This document shows positions 9,835 through 19,699 of a stretch of 64,000 bases of DNA, one piece after another. The notes under the pieces are model-generated. The model was given only the letters and a program-made list of their open reading frames with translations. It was not told the origin of the DNA and searched no databases. The translations under genes and the position numbers were made by a program. Numbering within the stretch: the stretch's first letter is position 1; every line of letters starts with the position of its first letter. The DNA comes from Gemmatimonadaceae bacterium (GTDB lineage Bacteria > Gemmatimonadota > Gemmatimonadetes > Gemmatimonadales > Gemmatimonadaceae), in assembly GCA_040901985.1 (NCBI GenBank), contig JBBDYC010000008.1, positions 112,490 through 176,489 on the forward strand, given 5' to 3'.

Positions 9835-11487
9835 TCATTGCGGGGGCGGTGGGGTCTGGCGCGTGGCCCGGGCACAGTCGCGCCAGACGCCCGGCGTCTG
9901 CTGCTGCCCGAAGGCCGGCAGGGGGTCGAGAATCTCCCGCGGCATCCGCTCGGGGTCCTCACTCGCGAGGTAGGTGAGCATCGCGGTCAGCGTGGCGTTG
10001 TTCTTGAGGTCTGACTCGACCACCTTGTCGAAGGTATCGCGGTCGGTGTGCCAGGTGGTGAAGGAATAGTCCCACGAGAGCGCGCCGAGGTTGAAGCCGG
10101 GCGCCCGGTGACAGACGAAGCTGGCGTGGTCGGTGCCGCCGGTGGCCTGCGGCCCGGTCGGCGACCAGCGAATCCAGCGGGTGATCTCGCTGGGGATCTC
10201 GCCGAGGTAGCGCTCGATCCGGCCCGCCGCGCCGGGGAAGGGGCCGGCGCTCATATTCACGACGCGGCCGGTGCCATTGTCCTGGTTCCAGAGTGCCTGC
10301 AGTCCGGCGACGACCTCCGGATGGTCCTCCGAGAAGGCCCGCGACCCGTTCAGGCCCTGCTCCTCGCCGCTCCAGTGCCCGACGATGATGGTGCGCTTGG
10401 GCTGCGGATAGGCCTGGCGGAGGATGCGCACCGCCTCGAGCATCGTGATCGTGCCGGTCCCGTTGTCGGTCGCGCCGGAGGCGGCGGACCACGAGTCGAA
10501 GTGCGCCGAGAGCATCACGTACTCATTGGGTTTCTCGCTGCCGCGGATCTCGGCGACGACGTTGAAGACCGGACGCTCGCCGAGGCGCTCGCTGTCAGTG
10601 AAGACGCGGACGCGCGGCGCCTGGCCGTTCTGCACCATCCGCATCAGGAGTCCGTAGTCCTCGCATCCGATCGCGAATGCCGGAATCCCCTGATTGGCCG
10701 AGCCGAAAACTTTCATGATGCCCGGGTAGTTGGAGAACTGGAAGGCGAAGACTCCGACCGCCCCGGCGTCCTTGAGCTTGCGCCAAATGCGCTGGGCGCC
10801 GCCAGCGGCGGTATTCATCGCGGTCCACTCGGTCTGGATCGCCTGCTGCGCCGCCGTGATGCGGGCGATCTCCTCCGGTGTGCCGAACTCCTGCCATTGG
10901 CCGGGCGAGCGGCAGGAGAGCCGCGCCGCGCTCATCAGGTAGATCTTCCCGCGGACGTTGGGCAGCCAGGCATCGAACTGCTCCGGCGTGGTGAAGCCGG
11001 CCGGCGGCGCGATCACCTCTGCCTCGATCGGCCGACCACCGGTGGACGGGCTCCAGGCGAGGGCGGTGGCCTCGAGCGTGCGCACGCGCGGCGCGAGAAG
11101 GTCCACGTGCGTGACGCCGCGGCTCCACCCTTCCCACGTGCCGTAGCGCTCCTTGCGGGCGCTGACGCCCCATCCCGCGTACTGCCGCACGATCCAGTCC
11201 TGCGATGCTTCCATCTGCGGCGAGCCGGTGAGGCGCTGGCCGAGCGGGTCGAGCAGTTGCTGGGCGAGTGTCATCGCCTGCGAGCGGTTCATCCCCTCGT
11301 CCCAGATGCGCTGGATGACGGCATCGGTTGCCGGGGTCCGGCGGATGTGCGCCGGGTAGCTGTCGGGTGGGATTGGGTCGGCGAGTCGGTTGCGCGCGCC
11401 CATCGGGGGCTGGGCGGCTCCGGCTGGCGGCTGGGCGGAGAGCGACGCGGCGGCAATGGCGAGCAGGACGAGGGCGCTGCGGAACAC
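9835..11487 (-). CDS. Secreted M28-family peptidase (carboxypeptidase Q-like)
   Basis: GTG 11487 with GGAG; signal peptide; SAHFDSW, GATDNGTG, GEEQGL, TDH, WHT metal-ligand motifs. Confidence 0.88.
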   Translation of the reverse strand: MFRSALVLLAIAAASLSAQPPAGAAQPPMGARNRLADPIPPDSYPAHIRRTPATDAVIQRIWDEGMNRSQAMTLAQQLLDPLGQRLTGSPQMEASQDWIVRQYAGWGVSARKERYGTWEGWSRGVTHVDLLAPRVRTLEATALAWSPSTGGRPIEAEVIAPPAGFTTPEQFDAWLPNVRGKIYLMSAARLSCRSPGQWQEFGTPEEIARITAAQQAIQTEWTAMNTAAGGAQRIWRKLKDAGAVGVFAFQFSNYPGIMKVFGSANQGIPAFAIGCEDYGLLMRMVQNGQAPRVRVFTDSERLGERPVFNVVAEIRGSEKPNEYVMLSAHFDSWSAASGATDNGTGTITMLEAVRILRQAYPQPKRTIIVGHWSGEEQGLNGSRAFSEDHPEVVAGLQALWNQDNGTGRVVNMSAGPFPGAAGRIERYLGEIPSEITRWIRWSPTGPQATGGTDHASFVCHRAPGFNLGALSWDYSFTTWHTDRDTFDKVVESDLKNNATLTAMLTYLASEDPERMPREILDPLPAFGQQQTPGVWRDCARATRQTPPPPQ

Positions 11488-11503
11488 GGGTGACTCCGGT
11501 GAG

Positions 11504-12073
11504 TTAGTTGACCTTCGCGTCCTTCCACTTGATGTTGCAGCCGATGCTTGGGATCTGCTCCCCTTCCACCGGCCGGCCGGCGAGCACCGCGTCGAGCGCC
11601 GCGCGCACGTCGCGGCCGGTGACGGGCACGCCGTTCTGGGGTCGGCTGTCGTCGAGCTGTCCGCGGTACACCAGCGTCCTCGCCTTGTCGAAGACGTAGA
11701 ACTCCGGCGTGCAGGCGGCTTGGTATGCCTTGGCCACCGCCTGCGACTCGTCGAAGAGATACGGGAAGGTGTAGCCGCGCCGCTTCGCCTCGCGCGCCAT
11801 CTCGGCAGGTGAGTCGTCGGGCGTCGAGACGATGTCGTTCGAGCTGATCGCCACCACCGCCACCTTGCGCGGTTGGTAGTCGGCGCCAAGGCGCGCCAGC
11901 TCCGCCGCCACGTGCTTCACGTACGGACAGTGGTTGCAGATGAACATCACCAGGAATGCGTCGGACGTCGCGTAGTCGTCGAGCGAGACCGAGCGGCCGT
12001 CAACGACGTTCGGGAGCGAGAAGCCCGGCGCAACGGTGCCGAGCGCGAGCATCGTGCTGGCGGTGCGGACCAC
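11504..12073 (-). CDS. AhpC/TSA-like thioredoxin family protein
   Basis: FICNHCPYV, ACTPEF, YRGQLDDSRP, SIGCNIKWK. Confidence 0.9.
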   Translation of the reverse strand: MVRTASTMLALGTVAPGFSLPNVVDGRSVSLDDYATSDAFLVMFICNHCPYVKHVAAELARLGADYQPRKVAVVAISSNDIVSTPDDSPAEMAREAKRRGYTFPYLFDESQAVAKAYQAACTPEFYVFDKARTLVYRGQLDDSRPQNGVPVTGRDVRAALDAVLAGRPVEGEQIPSIGCNIKWKDAKVN

Positions 12074-12101
12074 TGGGTGACCCCCTTTCGCGGCGTTGGA
12101 G

Positions 12102-12566
12102 CTAGAAGCGGAAGCCCGCGCCGATCGTCAGCCAGTTCGTCGCCGGGTCGTTCAGGGTCGTGTTGTACGACGCGGTCAACTCGAACTTGAGGAATCCGAC
12201 GGACACGTTCGGCGAGAGTCCGAACTTCTCGCTGTCGCTGAAGTAGGCCGCCTCGATGCCGAGGTCAACCATCGGGACGAGAAAGAAGTGCGGGCCCGCC
12301 TGCAGCGTGAAGAAGTCGAGGTCGTCGGCGCCCGCCGCCGTGGGGGCGAACCGGTTCCAGGTGGCGCTCCCCATCAGCTTGACGAGCCCGAGCGGGACGC
12401 CGACGCGGCCGTACGCCCCGAAGCCGCTGTCGTACGACTCGGCGAAGTCGCCGGTCGGCATCGCACTGTGGGCGCCAAGCCGGATGTCGAAGACGGGGAC
12501 CTGGGCCCGGAGGGGCGCGGTCGTCGCGAGCAGGAGGCCGAGGGCGGCGAGCAGGCGGCGGGTCAT
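12102..12566 (-). CDS. Small outer-membrane beta-barrel protein
   Basis: Signal peptide, amphipathic strands, C-terminal IGAGFRF. Confidence 0.75.
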   Translation of the reverse strand: MTRRLLAALGLLLATTAPLRAQVPVFDIRLGAHSAMPTGDFAESYDSGFGAYGRVGVPLGLVKLMGSATWNRFAPTAAGADDLDFFTLQAGPHFFLVPMVDLGIEAAYFSDSEKFGLSPNVSVGFLKFELTASYNTTLNDPATNWLTIGAGFRF

Positions 12567-12649
12567 TGGCGTGAACCTCAGGTGGTCAGTGGAAGAAGGT
12601 CGCAGGCGTTGTACCACGATGGGCGTGATCGGTTCAGGGTACCGCGGCG

Positions 12650-13258
12650 TCAGGCCTCGTGCCGCATCTCCTGCTGGAGGCTCCGCCACGCCCAGACGGT
12701 GAGGCCGATCCCGAGCGCAAACACGGCGGCAAAGACGAGCACGTTGCGCTCGAGGAACGCCTCTCCAAGATAGACCACGACGAGGACGTAGGGGAGTTCG
12801 GCGAGGAGGATGATCAGCAGGTAGCGCGGGAAGGGGTAGCGGACGAGGCCCAGCACGTAGCTCGGCAGCTCCGACTGCAGCGCAATGCGGAAGAGCAGGA
12901 TGCTCCGCCACCGCGCCCTGGTTCCAAAGAACGTCTCGTAGCGGTGGAGCCGTGCGCCGGGGAGCAGGCGGATCACCGCACGACGGCCGAGCGTGCGCGC
13001 GAGCCAATAGCCGAGCGTGCCGCCGAGCGTCCCGCCGAGCCAGAGCAGGAGGAGCGTCGTCGTCGGTCCCCAGACGTAGACGCCGATTGGCACCAGCGCC
13101 GTGCTCGAGAAAAAGGTGAGCGTGGCCGAGACGCCGGCGAGGAGCAGGAAGAGCAGCTTCCCGCCGCGTGGGTACTCGGTGATCAGCGCCTCGGCGGCCT
13201 TGAGCGTCTCGAGCACCGCCTGGTGCAACGGGTCGAAGGTCGCGACGGCGACTGCCAC
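12650..13258 (-). CDS. VTT/DedA (TVP38) family membrane protein
   Basis: GGTLGYWLARTLGR, LFRIALQSELPSYVLGL; true start probably further upstream (open frame to ~13310). Confidence 0.75.
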   Translation of the reverse strand: MAVAVATFDPLHQAVLETLKAAEALITEYPRGGKLLFLLLAGVSATLTFFSSTALVPIGVYVWGPTTTLLLLWLGGTLGGTLGYWLARTLGRRAVIRLLPGARLHRYETFFGTRARWRSILLFRIALQSELPSYVLGLVRYPFPRYLLIILLAELPYVLVVVYLGEAFLERNVLVFAAVFALGIGLTVWAWRSLQQEMRHEA

Positions 13259-13356
13259 CGCGAGGACGGTGGCGATCAGGAGGATCCGGCGGAAGTGGAG
13301 CGGGTGGTTGACCAGGTCTGCCTCGCGGCGCGGACGGGTGCGCCGTAATCTAGGCG

Positions 13357-14523
13357 ATGAGCCGCAACCCGCTCTTCATCCTGACGGTCCTCTCGTTGCT
13401 CGTCGTGCTCTCCGAGTGGATCGTCCGGCGCACCGCGCTCCGCCACGTCGGGTCGGCGCTGGTCGTCATCATCCTCGGCGCCGTCGTGTCGAATCTGGGG
13501 CTCATCCCCACCAGTTCCACGCCCGATGCCCCGGTGCCCGTCTACGACGCGGTGTTCGGCGTCGTCGCGCCGATCGCGATTTTCTGGCTCCTGCTCGCCG
13601 TCAACCTGCGGGACGTGCTGAAGGCGGGGCTTCCCCTGATCGCACTCTTCGCGGTCGGCGCGCTGGGGACGATGCTCGGCGTCTTCGCCGGGATGGCGCT
13701 CGTGGACGGCGCCGAGCGAATCGGGCCGCTCTACAACGCCGTCGGCGGAATGTTCACCGGGACGTACATCGGCGGGAGCATCAACTTCAACGCGGTCGCG
13801 CTGGAGTACGGCGTGATGCGCGACGGCCTGCTGTATGGCGGCACGGTGGCGGTGGACAACGTCATCACGACGCTCTGGATTGCCGCGACGCTGGCGCTGC
13901 CACGCCTGTTGCTTCCGATTTGGCGTGGCGTGCGCCCCCGCCCGGACGGCGCGGCGGTCGCGGCGCCCATCATTGACGTGGCCGCCGAGATTGAGACGAT
14001 TGACCCGCGGAAGCTCGCGCTCGTCCTCGCGCTAGGCACCGGCGCGCTCCTGGTGTCCCGCGTGGCGGCCGACGCGTTGGCGCGTGCCGGCGCCAACGTG
14101 CCATCCATCCTGATCATCACCGTCCTCGCGCTCGCGCTGGCGCAGGTCCGCGCGGTGAGCGCGCTGCCGGGCTCGCGCGTGGCCGGGATGTACGCCGTCT
14201 ATCTCTTCCTCGCCGTGATCGGGGCGTTCTGCGACATCGGCGCGATGGCGGGGCTGGGCGCGCTCGGCGCGACCCTGTTGGTCTTTGCGCTGGTTACCGT
14301 GCTCGTGCACGGCGTGGTCACGTTCGGCGCGGCGTGGCTCTTCAAGCTGGATCTCGACGGCGCCGCCGTGGCGTCGCAGGCGAATGTCGGGGGCGCGACG
14401 TCGGCGCTGGCGCTGGCGAAGAGTCTTGGCCGCGAGGACCTGCTCCTGCCGGGAATCCTGCTCGGCTCGCTCGGGAATGCGATCGGGACATTCCTGGCGT
14501 TCCTGATGGCGCGGCTGCTGTGA
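13357..14523 (+). CDS. DUF819 family membrane protein
   Basis: GTYIGGSINF, ASQANVGG, GNAIGT motifs; many TMs. Confidence 0.85.
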   Translation: MSRNPLFILTVLSLLVVLSEWIVRRTALRHVGSALVVIILGAVVSNLGLIPTSSTPDAPVPVYDAVFGVVAPIAIFWLLLAVNLRDVLKAGLPLIALFAVGALGTMLGVFAGMALVDGAERIGPLYNAVGGMFTGTYIGGSINFNAVALEYGVMRDGLLYGGTVAVDNVITTLWIAATLALPRLLLPIWRGVRPRPDGAAVAAPIIDVAAEIETIDPRKLALVLALGTGALLVSRVAADALARAGANVPSILIITVLALALAQVRAVSALPGSRVAGMYAVYLFLAVIGAFCDIGAMAGLGALGATLLVFALVTVLVHGVVTFGAAWLFKLDLDGAAVASQANVGGATSALALAKSLGREDLLLPGILLGSLGNAIGTFLAFLMARLL

Positions 14524-14609
14524 GGGTGGGGGGCGGGCCGAGCATTGCCGGCTCGCCGATTGCGCGTCCATATTCGGCGGGCGTCATTCCGGATCATTCA
14601 GGAGGCACG

Positions 14610-15248
14610 ATGAAGCCGCTCAGGTTCAGTGTCATCGTCGGGGCGATCGCGCTCTTGGCCGCCGCATCGTCCACCGGCTGTCGGCGCGCGATCGTCATCG
14701 TGCCGCAGACGGAGCGCGGCTACACGGCGACCGACACGCTCTGGGGTCGCTACAAGGGCAACAACGTGCGGGTCACCTTTCGCTTCGACACGCTTTGGCG
14801 CCGGGACACCGTGACGCGCCTCGACACGCTCTGGCGCGCTGGCACGCGAACGCTCGTGCGAGTGGACACGCTGCTCGTGCTGCACGTGGATACCGTCGTG
14901 CGCCGGGACACCGTCCGGGTGACGGTGCGCGACACCATCCGGGTCACGGTGCGCGACACCATCCGGGTCACGGTGCGCGACACGGTGCGGCTGGCGGGCC
15001 GACGTCAGCTCTTCGTGCCGCCAGGTCAATACCCGCCCGACGGCCAGTGCCGGGTGTGGGTCCACGACCTTCCGCCGGGGCGGCAGGCGGCCGCGGCCCC
15101 GTGTAACGCGCTCGGCACGATTCCGGCCGGGGCGTTCATCCTGTTCCGTGGTGACGCGTGGGACTTTGACTACGACTGGGTGGAGGAGGCGCGTCGTGGC
15201 GCTGTGCCGCCGGAGATCGTCGCGCTCAAGCGGCGAGGCGGAAGATAG
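14610..15248 (+). CDS. Lipoprotein with (R)DT-periodic beta-rich repeats
   Basis: GGAGG-ATG 14610; lipobox-like STGC; RDT(V/I)RVTV repeats; C-terminal PPGQYPPDGQCRVW domain. Confidence 0.7.
   Translation: MKPLRFSVIVGAIALLAAASSTGCRRAIVIVPQTERGYTATDTLWGRYKGNNVRVTFRFDTLWRRDTVTRLDTLWRAGTRTLVRVDTLLVLHVDTVVRRDTVRVTVRDTIRVTVRDTIRVTVRDTVRLAGRRQLFVPPGQYPPDGQCRVWVHDLPPGRQAAAAPCNALGTIPAGAFILFRGDAWDFDYDWVEEARRGAVPPEIVALKRRGGR
14904..14990 (+). repeat. 24-bp tandem repeat (~3.6 copies) encoding RDTIRVTV
   Basis: cgcgacaccatccgggtcacggtg repeated. Confidence 0.9.
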
Positions 15249-15377
15249 CGGACTGACGGGGGGGGCACGACGCGCTTCCGTCGGCGGTTCGCCTACGGCG
15301 AATCTCCGACAGGCCGCGGTCGAACCCCCGATTGCGCGAGCGACCCCGATGTCCGAGCATGAGGACGGGAGCCCAGT

Positions 15378-16316
15378 ATGACACTCGTGCCTCCGAGTGA
15401 CCTCGACTTCGCGCTCGCTCCATTGCCGTCGGCGCGGACGCCGGAGTGGCGCACAATCCTCGTCGCCACCGACGGATTGCCCGACTCCGACGTCGCAGTG
15501 TTACTCGCGCAGACAGTCGCCGCGCGTTCGGGCGCGATGCTACACGCGATTGCAGTCTGCGACCGGCAGACGATGGTCTACGACCGGAGTGCGCCGGAGT
15601 TTGATGTACTGACGGGGTCGGTCGCCGCCGACGAGCGCGCCGCGGTCGTGACCGGGCAACTCGCCCGGCTGCTTCTCGCGGATGCCTGTCCGCTCGTGGT
15701 CCGCTACGGCGGCGTCGCCGAGGAGGTGCGGCGGCAGGCCAGCGACCTGCGCGCCGACCTCATCGTTGCGGGCCGGGGCCGGCATGGGTTGCTCGCGCGC
15801 CTGCGCGGAGAGGGACACGTCTTGCAGGTGATTCGCGCGGCGCCCTGTTCGGTGCTCGCCGTCGAGGGGGCAGCGGTGTTGCCGCGACGCGTCGTTGTCG
15901 GTATCGACTTCAGCCCACACGGCGCGGACGTTGCGCGCACCGCTGTGCGTCTCGCCGCGGACGAAGCGACGATTTATCTCATGCACGTGAAACCGGACCC
16001 GCCGTTTGGGATTCCACATCCCGGTCGCTGGTTGGAGTCGTACGAGGAGGGTGTCCGAGCTGGCCTCGAGCGGCTCCGGCAGCAGTTGGCGCTCCCGCCG
16101 TCCCGCGCGGTGGAAATCATTGTCGTTCACGGTCACCCCGGGGATGCGCTGGTCGCCTTCGCGCGATCCGCGCAGGCCGACCTGATTGCGGTCGGCCGAC
16201 ACGGGGCGGGATTCCTCGATCGGATGCTGATCGGAAGCGTGACCGCCCGCCTGGTGCATTCGGGAAGCTGCTCGCTCCTTGTCGTGCCGGCGGCGTTCTC
16301 CGACGTGCGGGCGTAA
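15378..16316 (+). CDS. Universal stress protein (tandem USP domains)
   Basis: ILVATDG...ADLIVAG and VVVGIDFS...ADLIAVGRHG...GSVTARLV. Confidence 0.9.
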   Translation: MTLVPPSDLDFALAPLPSARTPEWRTILVATDGLPDSDVAVLLAQTVAARSGAMLHAIAVCDRQTMVYDRSAPEFDVLTGSVAADERAAVVTGQLARLLLADACPLVVRYGGVAEEVRRQASDLRADLIVAGRGRHGLLARLRGEGHVLQVIRAAPCSVLAVEGAAVLPRRVVVGIDFSPHGADVARTAVRLAADEATIYLMHVKPDPPFGIPHPGRWLESYEEGVRAGLERLRQQLALPPSRAVEIIVVHGHPGDALVAFARSAQADLIAVGRHGAGFLDRMLIGSVTARLVHSGSCSLLVVPAAFSDVRA

Positions 16317-16323
16317 TCGGCAG

Positions 16324-17679
16324 TCAGAGCGCTGACGGATAGGTTTCCGGGAGCTCGTCCGCATCCAACTGCCAGGTCGGCGTACGTTCCAGCGGCTCCA
16401 CCGCGCGCGTGCGGTCGTGATGGAAGACGACGTCGAACTGGTCACTCAGGCGCGCGTGGTAGTAGTGGCTCATCCGTTCCGTCTCCGGTCGGTAGATGAC
16501 GCCAATGAAGCGCTCGAGCCGCGGTGAGCCGAGCGCTGCGCGCACGGCCGCGTGCTCCCTGAGGTCGAGGGCGAAGCGATCGATCCCCATCGCGTGGAAG
16601 AGCGCTTCGTAGCTTTCCGGAAGGGCCGGCCGCACGCGCATGCGCTGCGCCGGTGCGCCCCAGTCCGACGCGGCTGTCACGCTCCCTTCATAGGTCGTGA
16701 AGCCAACGAGTAGCGCGTCGCGGCCGTGCGCCTTGCGCACGAGGTGGCCAAGGTTGGTCTCGCCGCGTGCCGAGGCCTCGGTGGCACTCGCGTCACCGAG
16801 GTGCGAGTTGTGTGCCCAGACCACCACCCGGCTCGGCTCGATGCCGGGGCGGTGCCGGTCGAGGTGCGCCACGAGCTGTTCGAGCGTCTCCGCCATATGC
16901 GTGTCGCGGAGGTTCCAGGACGCGGCCCCGCCGTGGTACATCACGCGGTAGTAGCGTTCCGCCTGCACCACCACGCGCGCGTTCTGCTCGGCGTGAAAGA
17001 GCTGCTCGGCGGCGATGCGGTCGTCGAGCGCCGCGTATTCGGACGCCTTGGCCCGCAGCTCCACCAGTTGGCGCACCACCTCTGATTCACAGGACGCTTC
17101 GGAATCCACGAGGGTGGCGTAGCCATAATGTTGCGGATCCGACCCGTACCGCGTGAAGCAGTCGTACCGCCGGAGCGCGCGCAGAGCCGCTGCCGGGTCG
17201 ACGGTGCGCAGATAGGCCACCACGGCCTCGATGGAGGCGTGCAGGCTGTAGAGATCGAGTCCATAGAATCCGACCCGCCGTGCGGGCCGCGCGTCGTTGA
17301 ACGCGCGCAGCCAGCCCACGAAGTCGAGCACGTCGGCGTTGCGCCACATCCACTGCGGGAATCGCGCAAAGTCGGCCAGCGCCTCCTCGGCGTCGCCTAT
17401 CGACGGGTCGCCGCGTACAAAGCGGTTGACGCGATAGGCATGCGGCCAGTCGCCCTCGATCGCGACGGCGGAGAATCCCTGCTCGCGGATGAGGCGCTTG
17501 GTGAGTTCCGCCCGGATCCGGTAGAATTCGTGCGTGCCGTGCGATGCCTCGCCGATGAGCACAAAGCGGCACCCCTCGACACGCCGGAGCAGGGCATCAA
17601 AGTCGCTCGGCGCTCCGGTGAGACGCACCGCCGCCGCGCGGAGATCGTCGAGCGCGGTGCGGGCGAGTGACGAGTTCAT
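16324..17679 (-). CDS. Erythromycin esterase family protein
   Basis: GEASHGTHEFY, FPQWMWRN, WNLRDTHM, WAHNSHLGDA, ETYPSAL. Confidence 0.92.
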   Translation of the reverse strand: MNSSLARTALDDLRAAAVRLTGAPSDFDALLRRVEGCRFVLIGEASHGTHEFYRIRAELTKRLIREQGFSAVAIEGDWPHAYRVNRFVRGDPSIGDAEEALADFARFPQWMWRNADVLDFVGWLRAFNDARPARRVGFYGLDLYSLHASIEAVVAYLRTVDPAAALRALRRYDCFTRYGSDPQHYGYATLVDSEASCESEVVRQLVELRAKASEYAALDDRIAAEQLFHAEQNARVVVQAERYYRVMYHGGAASWNLRDTHMAETLEQLVAHLDRHRPGIEPSRVVVWAHNSHLGDASATEASARGETNLGHLVRKAHGRDALLVGFTTYEGSVTAASDWGAPAQRMRVRPALPESYEALFHAMGIDRFALDLREHAAVRAALGSPRLERFIGVIYRPETERMSHYYHARLSDQFDVVFHHDRTRAVEPLERTPTWQLDADELPETYPSAL

Positions 17680-17691
17680 GGAGACCGTCGC

Positions 17692-19074
17692 TCAGCGCGA
17701 CCTGGCCGGCAGGGCCGCCGCGTGGGGTGTCAGGTGCTCGGTGAACCAGTCACTCGCGAGCTGCGTAACCTTTGCCATCGAGTCCGGCTCCTCGAAGAGG
17801 TGGCCTGCGCCGGGGACGATCGCCAGTTCGGCGTGCGCGGCCCGCATGCGTTCGCGCGCGGTGCGGTTGAGCTGCAGCACGTCCCGATCGTCGCCACCCA
17901 CGATGAGCAGCGTCGGGGCCGTCACCGCCGCAAGCGACGGGCCGGCGAGGTCGGGACGTCCGCCACGCGACACGACGGCGTAAATGACCGAGCCGCGATC
18001 GGCGGCGGCGCTCAACGCGGCCGCAGCCCCGGTGCTCGCCCCGAAGTAGCCAATCGGTAGGGCATCGACCGCCTCGACCGTGCCGAGCCAGTCGGTGACG
18101 TCGACCAGGCGCTTCGCCAGGAATGGGATGTCGAATCGCAACTCCGCCGTCGTCCGATCAATCACGTCCTCGCGCGGGGTCAACAGGTCGAAAAGGAGCG
18201 TGGCGAAACCGTGCGCACGTAGCGCCGCCGCCACCTCGCGGTTGCGCGGACTCAGCCGACTGCTCCCGCTTCCGTGCGCGAAGACGACGAGGCCGACCGC
18301 GGGCCCTCGCGGCAGGTCGAGCTCACCGGTGAGCTCGCCCGACCGCAACGGAATCTGGACCGTGCGCGCGTCGGGACTCGAGGTCCGAGTCGTCGCCGGG
18401 CCCGATGCGTGGGGGTCCGCCTGGTCGAGGAGGGAGATGACCTCCTCGTCGGTCACCTGCGCGAAGTCACGGTACCAGACGCCGACCGCAAGGAACTCGG
18501 CGGGGGACTCCACGCACTCCACCTCGTCAGCGACGGATTGGAGGGCGTCGCGCGTGGCAGCGGCGATCACGGGCGCCGCCACGATTACGCGCGCGGGATG
18601 AAGCTGGCGCAGAGCGGCGATTGCCGAGAACATCGTCGCGCCAGTCGCGATGCCATCATCAACCAGCACGAGGATCTTCCCGGCGAGGTCGGCCGGGGGC
18701 CGGCCGCGGCGATATACCGCCTCACGGCGCGCGAGCTCGGCGGTCTCGCGACGGGTCACGGCATCTACGTGGTGGCGGGGGACCTCGTGGGCGGCGAGCA
18801 CCTCGGGGTTCATCCATCGCACACCGCCCGACGCGACCGCTCCCATCGCAAACTCCTCGTGCCCCGGCAGTCCAAGTTTACGGACGATGAACAGGTCAAG
18901 TGGTTGCCGGAGGGCTCGGGCGACCTCGAACGCAACGGGGACGCCGCCGCGCGGCAATGCCAGGATGACGACGTTCGACCGTCCCGTCAGGTGGCGCAGT
19001 CGCTCGGCGAGCTGCGTTCCCGCCTGGCGGCGGTCGTCGAACCGCGGGGACCCGTACCGAATCATGCTCCACAT
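17692..19074 (-). CDS. Phosphoribosyltransferase-dienelactone hydrolase fusion
   Basis: LPRGGVPVA, VDDGIATGAT (PRT); HGSGSSRLSPRN, GASTG, HLFEEP (hydrolase). Confidence 0.9.
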   Translation of the reverse strand: MWSMIRYGSPRFDDRRQAGTQLAERLRHLTGRSNVVILALPRGGVPVAFEVARALRQPLDLFIVRKLGLPGHEEFAMGAVASGGVRWMNPEVLAAHEVPRHHVDAVTRRETAELARREAVYRRGRPPADLAGKILVLVDDGIATGATMFSAIAALRQLHPARVIVAAPVIAAATRDALQSVADEVECVESPAEFLAVGVWYRDFAQVTDEEVISLLDQADPHASGPATTRTSSPDARTVQIPLRSGELTGELDLPRGPAVGLVVFAHGSGSSRLSPRNREVAAALRAHGFATLLFDLLTPREDVIDRTTAELRFDIPFLAKRLVDVTDWLGTVEAVDALPIGYFGASTGAAAALSAAADRGSVIYAVVSRGGRPDLAGPSLAAVTAPTLLIVGGDDRDVLQLNRTARERMRAAHAELAIVPGAGHLFEEPDSMAKVTQLASDWFTEHLTPHAAALPARSR

Positions 19075-19225
19075 CCGTCGACTGGTACTCTCAGTGTACG
19101 CCGCTGTCGTCCGGGGCGCAGTCGGCGTATTCCCGCACGTGGAATCGGCATTTCACCGACAGATTGCGCTGGGCGATGACCCCTCCTTGAAGGTGTACGG
19201 CGCCATCCTTGCATAGGAGGTTGAA

Positions 19226-19672
19226 ATGCTCGCCCGCGACATCATGACGCTTGAACCGGCCGTCGTCACGGCCACTGACACGGTGCCCGTGGCGGCACAG
19301 TTGATGCGCACCCGAGACGTCGGGATGTTGCCGGTCGTCGACGATCTCGTGCATCGGCGTCTCGTCGGTGTGCTCACCGACCGAGACATCGTCCTCCGGT
19401 ACGTCGCGCCGGAGCACGGCCGGCTGGCCAGCGTACGGGACCATATGACGCGCGAGCCGATGGTCACGGCCACCGCGACGAGCACCATCGCGGAAGTCGT
19501 CGCGAGGATGTCGCGGCACCAGGTGCGACGCCTGCCGGTCGTCGACGCGAACGATGCGGTGATTGGCGTGATCGCACAGGCCGACATCGCGCTCAAGGTG
19601 CGGCCGCACGACGCCGACCTGGTCGATCACCTCACCGAGGCGATCTCGCGGCCCGGCGCGCTGGTGCACTGA
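19226..19672 (+). CDS. CBS domain protein
   Basis: GGAGG-ATG; LPVV...GVLTDRDIV, QVRRLPVV...GVIAQADIA. Confidence 0.9.
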   Translation: MLARDIMTLEPAVVTATDTVPVAAQLMRTRDVGMLPVVDDLVHRRLVGVLTDRDIVLRYVAPEHGRLASVRDHMTREPMVTATATSTIAEVVARMSRHQVRRLPVVDANDAVIGVIAQADIALKVRPHDADLVDHLTEAISRPGALVH

Positions 19673-19699
19673 GCGGATTGCTGTAGGCTGACCGCCTAG

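Noticed and set aside
19197..19213. Sigma54-like GG-N10-GC upstream of the CBS gene
   Set aside because: Imperfect -24 element, and the predicted TSS would fall downstream of the clear GGAGG SD
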